Assembly (NCBI GenBank): GCA_043228905.1
Contig: JBHGNT010000013.1
Coordinates: 9,362,001-9,426,000, forward strand
Length of the DNA stretch: 64,000 nucleotides
From: Azolla caroliniana
Lineage: Eukaryota > Plantae > Polypodiophyta
Reading direction: 5' to 3'
Shown here: in pieces, positions 37,701-51,035 of the stretch
Numbering within the stretch: position 1 is the first letter of the stretch
Layout of the letters: the number at the start of each line of letters is the position of its first letter
Notes under the pieces: model-generated
Database searches by the model: none
What the model was told of the DNA's origin: nothing
Seen by the model: only the letters and a program-made list of their open reading frames with translations
Translations under genes and position numbers: made by a program

Positions 37701-39631
37701 GTTAAACCTAGATGACCCATGGGAAAAAATGGTTCAAAAAGTGGCATGTTGCCCACTCAATAAGAAAAAATAGTTTACATGGAAACATTACATCATAAGT
37801 AAATGCACGCAAATGCTTTAAACGTGAAAAGTAATGGTAAAAACAAAGAGAGTGAAGTGTGAGTGGGTAGATGTCAATCACAAGAAAAACTTAAGAAATC
37901 GGGAAGATAATTTGTATAATTAGAAAATAAGTAGAATAATAATCAATTAGGTGTATGAAACATTAAGCATGCCATAAGGTAAGAAACCCTAGGGTAGTCG
38001 ACATGCACCTCCTCAAGACCACCAAATCCCATAGAATCACCCAAGTGATGGCTCAATAGAGAGTAGAGTGGCATAGGTAAACGACATACACCTCGTCAAG
38101 GCCACAACATCCCATAGAATCGGCCAACTGATGGCTCAATAGAGAGTAGAGTGACATAGGTAGGCGACATACACCTCGTCAAGGCCACAACATCCCATAT
38201 AATCTGTCAAGTGATGGCTCAATAAAGGAAAGGGTGGCATACTCAACATCATATGCAAAAGGGCCATGAGGTGAGCATGTGCGATTAGGGCAAACACACT
38301 CGACCTGATGCACAAGAATAATTATTATTGTAAGAAATGGCTCAAGAGAGGGGAGAGTGGGATATACATCGCAATATGCAAAAGGGCCATCAGTTGAGTG
38401 TGTGCGATTAGTGCAAACATGCTCGACCCGATGCACAATAAGATTGTAAATCATGTCATCGTAGAAAGAAAACAAACGAAAATGTAATACAAATTTAATT
38501 CGACCAAGAAGAACGCATCATAGAAAAGAAGAGAGATCGATAAAGAAGAATACCGGGTTAAGAATGTTGTTTTGATCTTGAGAAGAGCATGATGAGCCTT
38601 GTTAGATCCCCATCGCTCACACACACAAAAAATCAAAACAACAAAAAAAACAAATTAGTAAATGCTTTGTTACCACTGTTAAGAGTCTAATATTAATCAA
38701 TAGTCTACCAAAATAAAGTAAAAAGAAGGAAAATAGATTGGATAGAAGAACCCGTTCCACCCGACCACCCCCGAGCTATGATCTAGACATAACCAACCTA
38801 CCACCGACATCCCATACCACTAGATATTAGGATGAATAATACCTTGGAAGAGATAACACGATCGTCAACACCAAACCCTAGCTCGCACCACTAGTGTCTA
38901 AGACAGTAGCCTTCCGACATAATGTGCTTATGAGGGTAGCTAAGCCTCATATTTATACCTCTTCCTATGCCCCTTGAATAGATGTGCCTTTCTATAAGGC
39001 TCTCCATTCATTGGTTGTCCAAATCATGATAGTGCATGCACCTATCATTCCTTCTATCCAATCATATTAGTCCCCTCTTTAACATTAGTGAACATACCCT
39101 TCACTTATGTAAATATTAGTGACCTACGCTCACCTACGTTATGTGTACATAACATGATGGGACTCAACCTCCATGGCACCCCCCGGAATGTGGTGCACTC
39201 AAACAATCCCAACTAGCAAGCAGTCCCAAATTGAGTTGGGACAATCCCAAACAACCCCAATTAGAGTTGGGATAGTCCCAAGGAGTGATAAACAGAGTTG
39301 GGACAGTCCTGATCCACACATAGTCGCAATCTGAGTTGGAACTCAGTTAAGGAGGTAGACCTAGTCCCAGTACTTGTCCCAAAAGGGGCGTCATCTTGGG
39401 TTGGGATAGCCAGTCCCAATGTCTAACCCTCCCAAAAACTAGTTAAACACCAATATCATTACTCCGCCTCTCATTGTAGTCTTGAACACTCTCTAGCCCC
39501 TCATATGTTTTGGTTTGTCCCAACATTGGGATTGTTGCAATGTTGTATCTCTTTCTTATAATATAAAACATCTTTTTGTCCCAATCACATTTTTGTGCAT
39601 TTTGAGACCCCCATAATCTAGGGGCATAACA
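31728..39631. mobile_element. Probable LTR of another element (31728-32139 plus 39155-39631), split by the chromovirus
   Basis: Termini TGTGGAGCCCC...GGGGCATAACA; gtcccaa/ttgggac motifs on both sides; no matching TSD seen. Confidence 0.4.
32140..39154 (-). mobile_element. Full-length, decayed gypsy chromovirus
   Basis: LTRs 32140-32588 and 38677-39154; TSD TGATG both sides; PBS TGGTAACAAAGC; PPT AGTAGGGGAGTA. gag 36221-36892, PR LFDSGSS, RT KIDLGTGYHQ/FLDDILIYS, RH ETDASD, INT MDFIVSLP..SDRD, and a chromodomain-like IKWMDKPIDDVTWE near 32660-32770. Confidence 0.92.
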
Positions 39632-40306
39632 AGGGGGTTTGCCTTTAGGATTAGCTCTAAATGATATGGATTAGCAATGGGCAATTGCTTCTTTTATACT
39701 ATTCAGGTGGAAGTTGGTACTCAGTGTTTTATACAATGTCTGATATCTTCGCAAATTTGGCAAGTTCTGTCTCGATATTATTAGACGCCAACACAATACA
39801 ATGTGTGTACCTAAGAAAGCTTTTTTGTGTCTGTCTCGGCATTGGTATCTTTAGTGTCTTGTATCCTATGGGTGCACGTGTGTGAGTGTGCTTGCGAGCA
39901 CGGTAAACCGGACCGTAGTCCGCGTACTTATTATTATGCGTATAAATATATATATATGAAAATATCTATCGGGCATTCTGTACATACTGCACGCGAAGGG
40001 CCAGCGAGTGTGCATTCCGTGTACGCGCATGCTCTTCCTCTACACATTCCGGTCGTATTCCGGGACGTGCCCGGACCGTTGTCGTGAAAATCCCTCACTA
40101 TGTTTAGATCATGAGGCGGAACCGCCAAGGTTATGGACGGGAAGGAAATACGGCTCACACGCATAACACAAGGAAGTCTTACACAAACAAGGCACTAGTA
40201 TTCGAACATGTTTGTGAAAAGGAGATGTGTATTGGCAAGCCCGAATCAACCCCTAGTCACAAGGCGAACGAATGAACGTGAGGAAGTCTTACACACGGAC
40301 ACACAA

Positions 40307-40730
40307 GGAGAGGTGCGTGAGCAAGCCCAAAAAACCCCCTTGTCACAAGACACACAAACAGATAAGCACAAATGACAATAACATATAAGACACGCAAGTT
40401 TGAATGCCTTTGTGAAAGGAGAGGTGCATGGGCAAGCTTGAAACGCTCCCTTGTCACAAGACACACCAACAAATAAGCACAAATGATGATAACATATAAG
40501 ATACATAAGTTTGAATGCCTTTGTGAAAGGAGAGGTGCATGGGCAAGCCCGAAATGCTCCCTTTTCACAAGACACACAAACAAATAAGCACAAACGATGA
40601 TAACATATAAGATACATAAGTTTGAATGCCTTTGTGAAAGGAGAGGTGCATGGGCAAGCCCGGAACGCTCCCTTGTCACAAGACACACAAACAAATAAGC
40701 ACAAATGACGACAACATATAAGACACGTAG
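40307..40730. repeat. Four ~111-bp tandem repeats inside the LTR
   Basis: ggagaggtgc recurs at 40307, 40418, 40529 and 40640. Confidence 0.9.
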
Positions 40731-43063
40731 GTGAAACCAAACATTATTTTATTGCAATATAATAGATTCTTTTATAAAATAAAAATCAATTTTACAACGG
40801 GTTTGATATGAATATGAGAGATAATTTATAAAGGAAGGGGGAAGAGAGGTGGAGGAAAGAAGAAAGTGGAATATAGAAGAAGGTGATTCTTTGTTGATTA
40901 TGCCTCTCGAAGTTGTTGATCCGTCTTCTTTTGCCTTCCAATTGAGTAGAGCTTCCACATTCCTTCTCCCTCGCCCCCTTCTTCACTAGAATAGGCTCTT
41001 ATTTATCGGTTTAGGATTGCTTGCCTTTTTCCCCTAAAAAAAGCTTGTCTATATGAGTCGACTTTTCTTTTCCTCACTATTTCTGTTTTCTAGACCCACA
41101 TTTCACATGCAAGATATTCTTGAAAAGCTCTTTGGGTTAGCTTTCTTATGCATCTTTTCGTTTCTAATTTGGACATCTGACGAGGAAATTATGAGCTTTT
41201 TTCTCTACTGTGGTCCTCATATCCACGCGTGCTTCTTTTTTTCTCTATCCATCTTTTTCTCTACTTTTGTCTACTTTTGAAAACCACTTCTAACTTAATA
41301 TTCATCATTATTTATTGTAAGGTTCAATTCTTTGACCATTTATTTATAAGGAATTGTCTTTGGAAAATGAAAAAGTATTTTTGCTACCAATAAAGTTGAC
41401 TTCACAATACTAGTTTATTTGAACTACTATTTTACTTCTTTTTTAGGGTGGTTTCACACTGTGTTAGAAACATCACGACATCCACCCCACCATGCCTGCA
41501 CATCCTTCGGTATGTGCCAATGATTGTTAACTGCTATTACTTATTCTTTTTGAACCTCAAAGTCTAGAGGTTCGATTTGAGGACTTGTGGTCTCTCTTCT
41601 CTTAAAGTTCTTGATTCTCTCCTTGCTATCAGCAAAGCAAGTCGAGTTCCATCTAACTCCGCTAGAAAATAGGTTGCCTTGTTTTCAATTTCCTGAACCA
41701 CGTATGGGCCAAACCATCGTTTCACGAACTTTCGAGTAGTGTTATGCTGATTATCAAGGTTGCTATCATAGACAAGTACCCAATCTCCTTCTTCAATTTT
41801 TCTTAGACGAGGATGATGCTTTTTATCAAAATTCTCCTTGTTCCTCAATCGAGCCTCACGTAACCATTCTATTGCTAACGCAACATCTTTGGGTTTCCGT
41901 TCTAATTGTTGGATCCTTGTAGCTAGCAAGTCTTCTCGACTCATCTCCTCTTGCCATGGCAAAGCCGTCCATGAGGTAGCACTTTGCTCGCTAGGCATTA
42001 TTGGTTTTTGCCCTAATATGAACTCAGCCGGCATATATCCTGTAGTCGTGCTATGTGTAGTTCTATTGGCCCACAATGCATATGGTAATAATCGTGGCCA
42101 GTCCCCCATCGCAAGCCTTTGCTAGAGCTTTTACAATCTGGTTATGTCCTCGCTCCACCTTTCCATTTGCCTTCGGGTTGTATGCCATAGTAAGTGATAA
42201 TTTGACGCCTATCCTTGAGAAAAACTCTTTAGCTTCATTTGCATCTAATTCTCCTCTATCGGCTACTATTTTGCCGACACATCCATATCGACAAATAACA
42301 TCTTCAAGGAGAAACTTGTAAACTGCCAAAGTTGTTTTATTCCTTAGTGCCTGACCTTCTACTTGGTTGGTGAGATCATCTCTTGCTAGCACGAGGTATC
42401 TCATTTGCCACAATCCCATTGGCATAAACACTATGTCTACCAACCACTTATAGTGCATTGATAATGGATATGTTGGATGAAGTTCATCCCTATGTCGAAC
42501 ATTCGAGTATAATTGGCATTGCGCACATGTTTCAACATAGCTTGCAAAAGTTGCCCATATACCTTGATGACCTGCCCACACACTATCATGAAATTCAGCA
42601 ATTAGTGTTTGTTGATCTTGTTTCTGGCACATCACTCGAAGTGGAGTTCCATTCTTCCTCTTTGGAAAGTTCCATAGATGTCCTTTGAGGAAGAACTTGT
42701 AGGCCTTCTTCCTAATTCTGTAGAAGTCTTCCTTTGACCATGATTCATCCTTTGTAAGAGAGCTTAAGTACTTGCCAATTTTGATGAATTCACTCTCATA
42801 ATCGTCTACTTTAAACACCACTAGCACCCGAGCACAAGAAATCGTAAAGAAGTTTAGGCCAAGATCCTCTTCATCGGAGCGCAGATCTTCTTCACCCTTG
42901 TACCTTGCCCTTGTATCGGCCACCACATTATGCTTCCCAGTTATATGTAGAATCTTGGGGTTGAGTGACTTGATATAGGCAATCCATCGTAGCATAGCAA
43001 TATCCGGTGTAGCACAACCGGATATCATCCCGAGAATAGGTAGATAATCGGTTTCGATTATGA

Positions 43064-46000
43064 ACACGTTTGTGTTCACAAGTGGAAGGATCGCGCATTC
43101 CACTTATACATTCCTTTTATAATCTTGCGATTGTAGGCGATTTTCAGAAACTTGATACACCAGTATCACATGTTTTAAATAGCATGTAAATTTTGTTAAT
43201 TTTTTGAGATTTTACAAGTTTCAAAATGATCATTTTTAAAATTGAATAGTTTTTCAATAAATGCTTAAACGTTGATGGTTTCAAAATATGAAAAACTTAA
43301 AGAAAATCACAATGGTTAACTTAACACACAAGTTAAGATTAATGGTTTCACCATCTGGACAAGATGTAGGTTCCAGAAGTGGAAGTTACATCTATTATTA
43401 GACTTGAAAATGCTTTAAGTATAAGAGGTAACATTGTAATCCTTAATGCCATCATCTATAAATTTAGTACTCATTAACATCCATAAATTCACAACTCAAG
43501 AAATGTATACAATATTCATAAACAATTTTGATAAATCCATAACTCCTAAACTGTAGATGATATTCATAAACTGTCAAAACTGCCAAACTTAGACGTAAAC
43601 ATTAATATATCAATTTGAACATATCACATACTTATCAAGGTATGCACAATGCTCTCCTCTTCTTCATTTTGAGAGCTACCCTACAAAATTTGTGAAGTAA
43701 ATGGAATTTGCAAGGTTCAATTACCATCAACATAATTATTAGTGGTTTTTTGTTAATCAAGGAAGCACATGTTCACCGTAAGGTATCTTGTTATGCAACA
43801 TAATTCTTTACAACATCAATATGCATCTTTTACTCTTGTCAAAACAAATATTTTAGTACAATTCGAGTTCATGTAAACCGTAAACCTCTTTTATTTGAAA
43901 AAAAAAAAATTCTAAACATGAACTTCATACATTGTATTGAGTTGATGTAAAAAATAGAGTTTTCATCACAATTCCATACAATGTATCAACTTTATGTTCA
44001 AAGTTTTTTTTCCCAAACTAAAATAAATAAATAAATCAATCAAACTTGACTTGATGAAAAAACCAGATTTTTCACCACAATTCAATAAAATGTACCTAGT
44101 TTATGTTTAAAGTAATTTTTTTCATTTTTTTTCATTTTATTATTATTATTATTATTTATTTATTTATTTTAAAAACTTTAAACATGAATTCGATACATTG
44201 TATCAACTTGTGATGAAAACTCTAGTTTTTTTATCATTTCCACTTTTTTTTTTTTAAAAACAACCAAAAGGACCCAAAATAAATAGAAAAAAACCAAAAT
44301 TGTTTTTTTTAAAACCCCCCAAAAAAACTTTTAAACATGAACTCAATACATTGTATCGAATTCATGTGAAAAAGTCAGCTTTTCGACACGAAATCGATAC
44401 AATGTATTGAGTTGGTCTTGAAAAATCTGTTTTTCAACATGAATTTGTTACGGTGTATCGAGTTCGTGTTTAAATGCTTTAAACACAAACTCAATACATT
44501 GTATCGAGTTCCTGTCAAAAAACAAAGTTTTTCAACACGAACTCTATATGGCGTATCGAGTTCACGTTGAAAACTGTTTTTTTAAACACGAACTCGATAT
44601 GACGTATCGAGTTTGCGTTCAAAACTCTGTTTTTAAAAACGAACTTGATACGCCATATCGAGTTCGTGTTTAAAAACAGAGTTTTCAATGCGAACTTGAT
44701 ACAATGTATCGAGTTCATGTTTAAAGTTATTATTATTATTATTATTATTATTATTTATTTTTTGTATCTATTTTGGGTTTTTTTTTTTAAATTGTTTATG
44801 AAGTGATGAAAAAACTAGAGTTTTCATCACAAGTCGATACAATGTATCAAATTCATGTTTAAAGTTTTTTTTCCCAAAAAACAAATTATAAATAAATAAA
44901 TAAAATATCAAAAAAATTTGGAAAAATTACTTTAAACATAAACTCTATACATTGTATTGAATAGTGGTGAAAAAACTAGTTTTTTCATCAAGTCAAGCTC
45001 AATTGTTTTATTTTTTATTTTTTTAAATACGAGAAAAAAACTTTGAACATGAATTTGATACATTGTGTAATTGTGATCAAAAATTTGTTTTTTACATCAA
45101 CTTGATATAATGTATGGAGTTCATGTTTAGAAATCATCTTTTTATTCAAATAAAAGAGGTTTAGGGTTTACAAGAACTCGAATTGTACTAAAATCTCTAT
45201 TTTTACAAGACAAAAAGATGTATATCGATATTGCAAAGAAGTATGTTGCACAACAAGACACCTTATGGTGAACATGTGCTTCATTGATTAACAAAAAACC
45301 ATTAAGAATTGTGTTGATGGTAATTTAACCTTGCAAATGCCGTTTACATGGTGTATAAAATATTCTCGTGGTTCTTAATCACCACGTCAAGCACTTAATG
45401 TTGATCTTCATAGTTTGGTTCATCTACAACAGAGAAACATTTATGTGGAACTAGGGATGACAATACGAGCATAACTCAGGTGACAAGGAAACTTGCAATA
45501 ACTCAAGGTGGGGATATTATTAGCTACACATGTAGATGGCCATCAACTAGGGCACCAATTCTGCATTGGTAAAGTTTTGGACGTGGTGATGGATTAAACT
45601 TCTGTAATACATCTATCATTGACATTAGTGAGTTGGATATCATTGTGTATGACTTTACACTAACAAAAGTTGGATGTTTAAGGATGAGAACGATAGACAT
45701 AATAAAAATGATATTACCAAGACTAGAAGATATCTCAAATTGAAGGTGAACAAGTTTTAGTGCACACAATTTGGAGACACCATTTAGTGAAGACAATGAT
45801 TTGATTGGTACATTTGAAAATGAGGAGGAAGAGTCATAATTGTATATTAGCTATAGTAGTGATTCTTAGGAAAGGAATGATGATAGTGATGCAAGTAACT
45901 CTTAAATGTATTTTTTGTGCAACGATATGTAAGAAATTTAGACAATATTTTATCGAATGAAATAAAAAAGGTTATTGTTTTGAAATCTTTCGCTTATGAT

Positions 46001-46257
46001 TTTGTTAGGATCTAAAATACTACTAGCTGTAATTTCTTCTTAAAAATACACAAAGTTACTTTTCGTATTTGGCCAAAATTTGGCATTTTTCAATTTTAAC
46101 AAATGGTGAAAATTTTAGCCTTTTCATCAAGTTTTTGAGAACATGTGATATTGGTATCAAGGTGTTTTGTGAAATGGAAAAAAAAGCCCCAAAATCAAAC
46201 GATATTCCTTATCCTTCCATTTGTGCGCGATCCTTCCATTTGTGAACGCGAACGTGT
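43064..46257. mobile_element. Unclassified non-autonomous TIR/foldback DNA element (3.2 kb)
   Basis: ~34-bp TIRs (ACACGTTTGTGTTCACAAGTGGAAGGATCGCGCA and its near-complement); duplication TTATGA at 43058-43063 and 46258-46263; removal restores RH GTEVIIETD; large internal inverted repeat ~43700-45350. Confidence 0.85.
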
Positions 46258-49200
46258 TTATGACTTCCGTTCCAATAAGTTAGTCACGATCTATTTTAAT
46301 CACGGATACTATCCCCGATAAGGTAGTCAGCTTTGCGCAATGTTGGAGCTTCCAATAATAGTTTCTTCAAATTTTGAACCGCGTAGGTATGCTCGTCTTC
46401 CCATTCAAACTTCTTACTTTTCTTTAGTAGTCCATACGATGGTTCAACGACATGGGCATAGTGTGGAATCCATATGTGGTAAAACGCACATGCTCCCAAG
46501 AATCTTCTCACCTTTGTTTGGGACTCACACTCCTCTTTCATCTCTTGGATAGCATTCACCTTGGATGGAGATGGCTTCCAGCCATAAGATCCACACAAGT
46601 GTACTACTACCAATATTTTTGGTTGACTGAATGTGGACTTCTCTCCCGAAAACGTAAGATTTGCATCCTCAAGCTTTTGCAACACCTTCTCGCTATCCTT
46701 TATATGATCGATGATGAATTTTCGGCAACCATCTTCATCTTTTGATTCGTCTTTTAATTCCACCAAGCATCCTTTGATCGGAATGCCATCTAAGAAGGGC
46801 ATTGTGATATCAGGAATACAATCCTTTAACACTTTGTTCATGGCATTCACCATATGGGCTACAGAGTTTGTCGCACCTTGGGGTAAGGTACACATCCTTA
46901 CCAACCCAATCGGTGTCCTCATTGTCGTAATGTCTCTACTATCGACTGACAATTGAAATTGATCATAGCCCGAGTAGAGATTGCCAATGGAATAGATTGA
47001 TCTTCCCACGAAGGCTTTGGCAAATTCATCCACGCTTGGACCAATTCCGACATTTCGGATCGTCACCTTGTTGACGGGTTGGAGATCTTGAATAAAGCTT
47101 AAGGGCCCATTCTTCTTCAGCACCGTAAACCATCTATTGGAGTACGGAGCATTGGATGGCTCAAGAATTCCCATCCTAACCTTTTCCTTTAGAAGCTCAA
47201 TCAACTTCGGAATGTGAGCTCTTGGAACCGGTATCGGCTTGAGGTTCCAAGGTACATGCAGCACCGTAAATATCACCATCGGCTCTATCATCTTCGGGTC
47301 GGCACATCCGATTTCTTGTGGAGAGAAGGCGAAGGCTTTCCCATGTCTCTCAAGCATCATCCTAAACCTTTCTTCTTCTTCGGGGAGAAGGAAGTCATCC
47401 TTCCCGACTTGGAGTTTCCCTCTTGATTCATCGGAGAAGGTATGGCCTATCCCTTTTGGGTCTCTGAGACTTGGATCCTTGGTAACTTCTTTCATACTTT
47501 GCCAACTATCCTCCAGTAACGGAATAGCTACCGTCTTGACCTTCTTATCTACTAATTTATATTTTGTGTTTACTTTGACCAACTCCTCCATGACCCCTCG
47601 TCAGCATTCGTTGATGGCGGTATACATGTTGATGGAGTTTACTTGAACCGTATGTTGCTCATGAGGTCTCAAGTCCACGATACTCTCTATTTCTACGATT
47701 GTATCGTTAAATGAGGCTTCCTCCATGACCCATGATATGTTGTCTTCTTCTTCTAATATTCCTTGTTCTTTTATCCAATGTTCAAAGTTTTGAACTTGGC
47801 ACTTCTCTCTCTCATCTAGTGTAGTCATCCCACATGCACCATTAGTTGCTAAATATAGTTTTCCTTCTTGCTTCTTTCTTCTTTCTTCTTTCTTCTTTCA
47901 TCTTTCTTCTTTTCGGGGACTTACTTTTTCTCAAACTATCTTTGCCCATTCTTCAATAGTCCGTGTTAAAAATCCGAGGCCTCATCTCTGAGGCTATCTC
48001 GGTTCCTCTCATGATTAGCTCGCACTATCAAGAATTGAACCGACTTTTGACCATCAAGACTCTGACGTGAAATACGCGGATTAATCTTCGGCCACAACCG
48101 GAAGCGTAGATCACTTAATGACAATCAAGACACAGACGAAATGGGAATGGAGGTAAGTACACAAAACAGAAAGAGAATACACAGGATATTAATGTGGAAA
48201 ACCCTAAGAGGGAAAAACCACGGGAGTCCACAGACTCCAAACTATCACTCTGTAAAAGAATACAACAGGGAGCACAGAGGCAACGACCTCTTGTTTACAA
48301 TCTTCGCCTAGCGGCGGTTACAACAGAGACACAATCTCTGTATATCGCTCTCTCTCTCTCTCTTACGCACTATACAGAAGTTACACCAATAACTCTATCC
48401 TCATACCTATTAAGTTTGCCCTAGGTCATATTTATACTAATATGACTTTCGGGCTATTTACAAATATAGCCCCAATGAACTCTCTGGAACATATTTACAT
48501 ATATGTCCCTTCCATCCGATGAGAGGTTCTCACCGGGCCTGCAACATCCGGTTCTCACTGGGTCTTCCTTGCCGGGTACTCCACATCCGGATTCGTCCTC
48601 GGCCTATTGGCCTCGGCCGAGTTTCTCATCAACACTGTTCTTCTTAGTTCCCATCCGGAGGAACCTGTTTCCTAACAAACTCCCCCTTCACTCCGGCATG
48701 GGATGTCTTACTAGTCTGATCCGCTTCCGACATGCATCCAGCTTCTCGGGTATCAGTACTTTGGTCAGCATATCTGAGCCGTTCTCGGTCGTGTGGATCT
48801 TAGTCGGCACGAACTCTCGATCTTCTACTCGCTCCCGGATCCATTGATACCTACGTTGTATGTGCTTCGTCCTGGAATGGTACGTTGCGTTCTTAGCAAG
48901 GTGGATGGCACTTTGACTATCGCAATAGAGCCGGTATTCATCTTGCTGGATACCGAGCTCTCCGATGAAGTCCTTCATCCATAATATTTCCTTGCCGGCT
49001 TCAACAGCCTCCATGTACTCTGCCTCCATGGTTCACAATGCAACTATCGTCTGCAGCCTCAATTGCCACGAAACAGCTCCCCCTACAAATGTCATTACAT
49101 ACTCGGATGTAGACCGGTTGGTATCCACATCAGTCGACATATCTGAATCGGTAAAACCATCAAGTTGAGGTTTACCGGAGCCGAATCGGAGACACATATT

Positions 49201-50823
49201 CGAAGTGCCCTTCAGGTACCGGAGTATCCATTTGACCGCATTCCAGTGCTCCTTGCCGAGATTGCTCATAAACCGGCTCACCACTCCGACTGTGTATCCA
49301 ATATCCGGTCAAGTACACACCATTGCGTACATTAAGCTCCCGATGACAGAGGCATATGGAACCTTCATCATATCTGCCTTCTCTACTTTCGTCTTCGGGC
49401 TTTGCTTACCGAATAATCTGCAGTTTGCGGGGAGTGTCGATCCAACCGGTTTCGCTTCTAACATGTTGAACCCCTGAAGCACCTTCGTCACGTATTTCTC
49501 CTGTGACAACCACAATTGCTTCTTTGACCGGTCCCGGATGATGTGCATCCCCAGTATCTGTCTTGTCGGGCCCAAGTCTTTCATTGAGAAAGTTCGGTTG
49601 AGAGCCTTCTTCAGCATCCGTATTTTGGTTTGGTCCCGTCGGACGATCAACATGTCGTCCACGTACAGAAGGAGTATCAGGAAGTCTGCACCGTCGAACT
49701 TCTTCACAAATACACAGTGATCGGCCTGCGTCTTGTGGTACCCTTGATCGGTCATGAAGGAGTCGAACTTCCGGTACCATTGTCGGGGAGCCTGTTTTAG
49801 TCCGTACAAGCTCTTCTTCAACCGGCAAACCAGGTGCCGCTTCCGTTTCTCCATGAATCCTTCCGGTTACTGCATGTAGATCTCCTCTTCGAGGTCACCG
49901 TGAAGGAATGTCGTCTTCACGTCAAGCTACTCTACCTCGAGGTCCATGCTTGCCGCTATACTCAGCACCGTCCAGATGGAAGTCATCTTTACTACCGGGG
50001 CAAATATCTCGTCGAAGTCCATGCCCTTCTTCTGCTGGAACCCCTTCACCACGATCCTGACTTTGTATATCTCGGGGGTTTTCCGCATCTCCCGGTTTCA
50101 ACTTGTACACCCACTTGTTTCGGAGTGCCCGCTTTCCTTTCGCCAACTCCACCAATTTGTACGTATGGTTCTCATGCAGGGAATCCATCTCATCCTGCAT
50201 GGCACTTAACCACTTTCAGCTATTGGTGTCATCCTTCGCTTCTTCGAAGCTTTCCGGCTCCCCCTCATCGGTTAGCAGCACATGCTCTGCATCTGGAAAT
50301 CTCTGGGGAGCCCTTCTCTCTCTGAGAGGATATCTCTGTCTTTGGCTTTCGGCAACCGGCTCCTCTATTTTTTCTTCATCCGTGGTTTCAGCTCCTCTAC
50401 TTCTTCTTCTGCCGGTTTGGTATCCACATCGTAATCGACTGGTTCCTCGAGTGTCAACCGGCTCTTAGCTGGGTGGGTCCGAATCTCATCGGAGTTCATT
50501 ATCTTCTTTTCCGACTCCTAGTCGGTGTCATGATATGGCAAGACTCGAACCCATGACCTTAGGTTATATGGGTCGAGCTCTTTACCATTAGACCATCTAT
50601 TGTAATACGTAGGATATTATTTTCATTTACATTTTATTATAGGAAATTAGTGTATATTCCAGATTTCTCCGGAACATTCTAGAAGCTTCAGGATTACTCC
50701 TGAAAACACTATAAAAGAGGGCACTAGGCATTATGTTGAACCAAATTGGTTCAACGCTAGTCTTAAGCCTTTTAGCCACCATTGTATATTCTCTTCATAT
50801 AATACATATCTTTCTTATCATCA

Positions 50824-50856
<33 letters not shown>

Positions 50857-51035
50857 CGTCTTGCTCACTCCTTCCTTCTCTCGAAGAATTTCTACACCTC
50901 TCATAGTACTAATCCTTCGTTTAGTACTAATTCCTTCTCTGTCTCAGTACTGTTCCTGACAGTTTGAACCAATTTTCCTACCTTCTATCTCTCTCATTTC
51001 CTACTAATCTCTCATTCCTCTTTTTCTTTCATCCC

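Noticed and set aside
39632-40079. Possible additional small element or host exon
   Set aside because: No termini, TSD or protein motif could be supported.
40246-40740. Cys-rich repeat protein ORFs (164 and 145 aa)
   Set aside because: Translations of the 111-bp (multiple of 3) tandem repeat inside an LTR; open in two frames, no gene context.
45340-45900. hAT transposase C-terminal remnant inside the foldback element
   Set aside because: Only a vague acidic stretch; no dimerisation-domain motif could be read and the TSD is not 8 bp.
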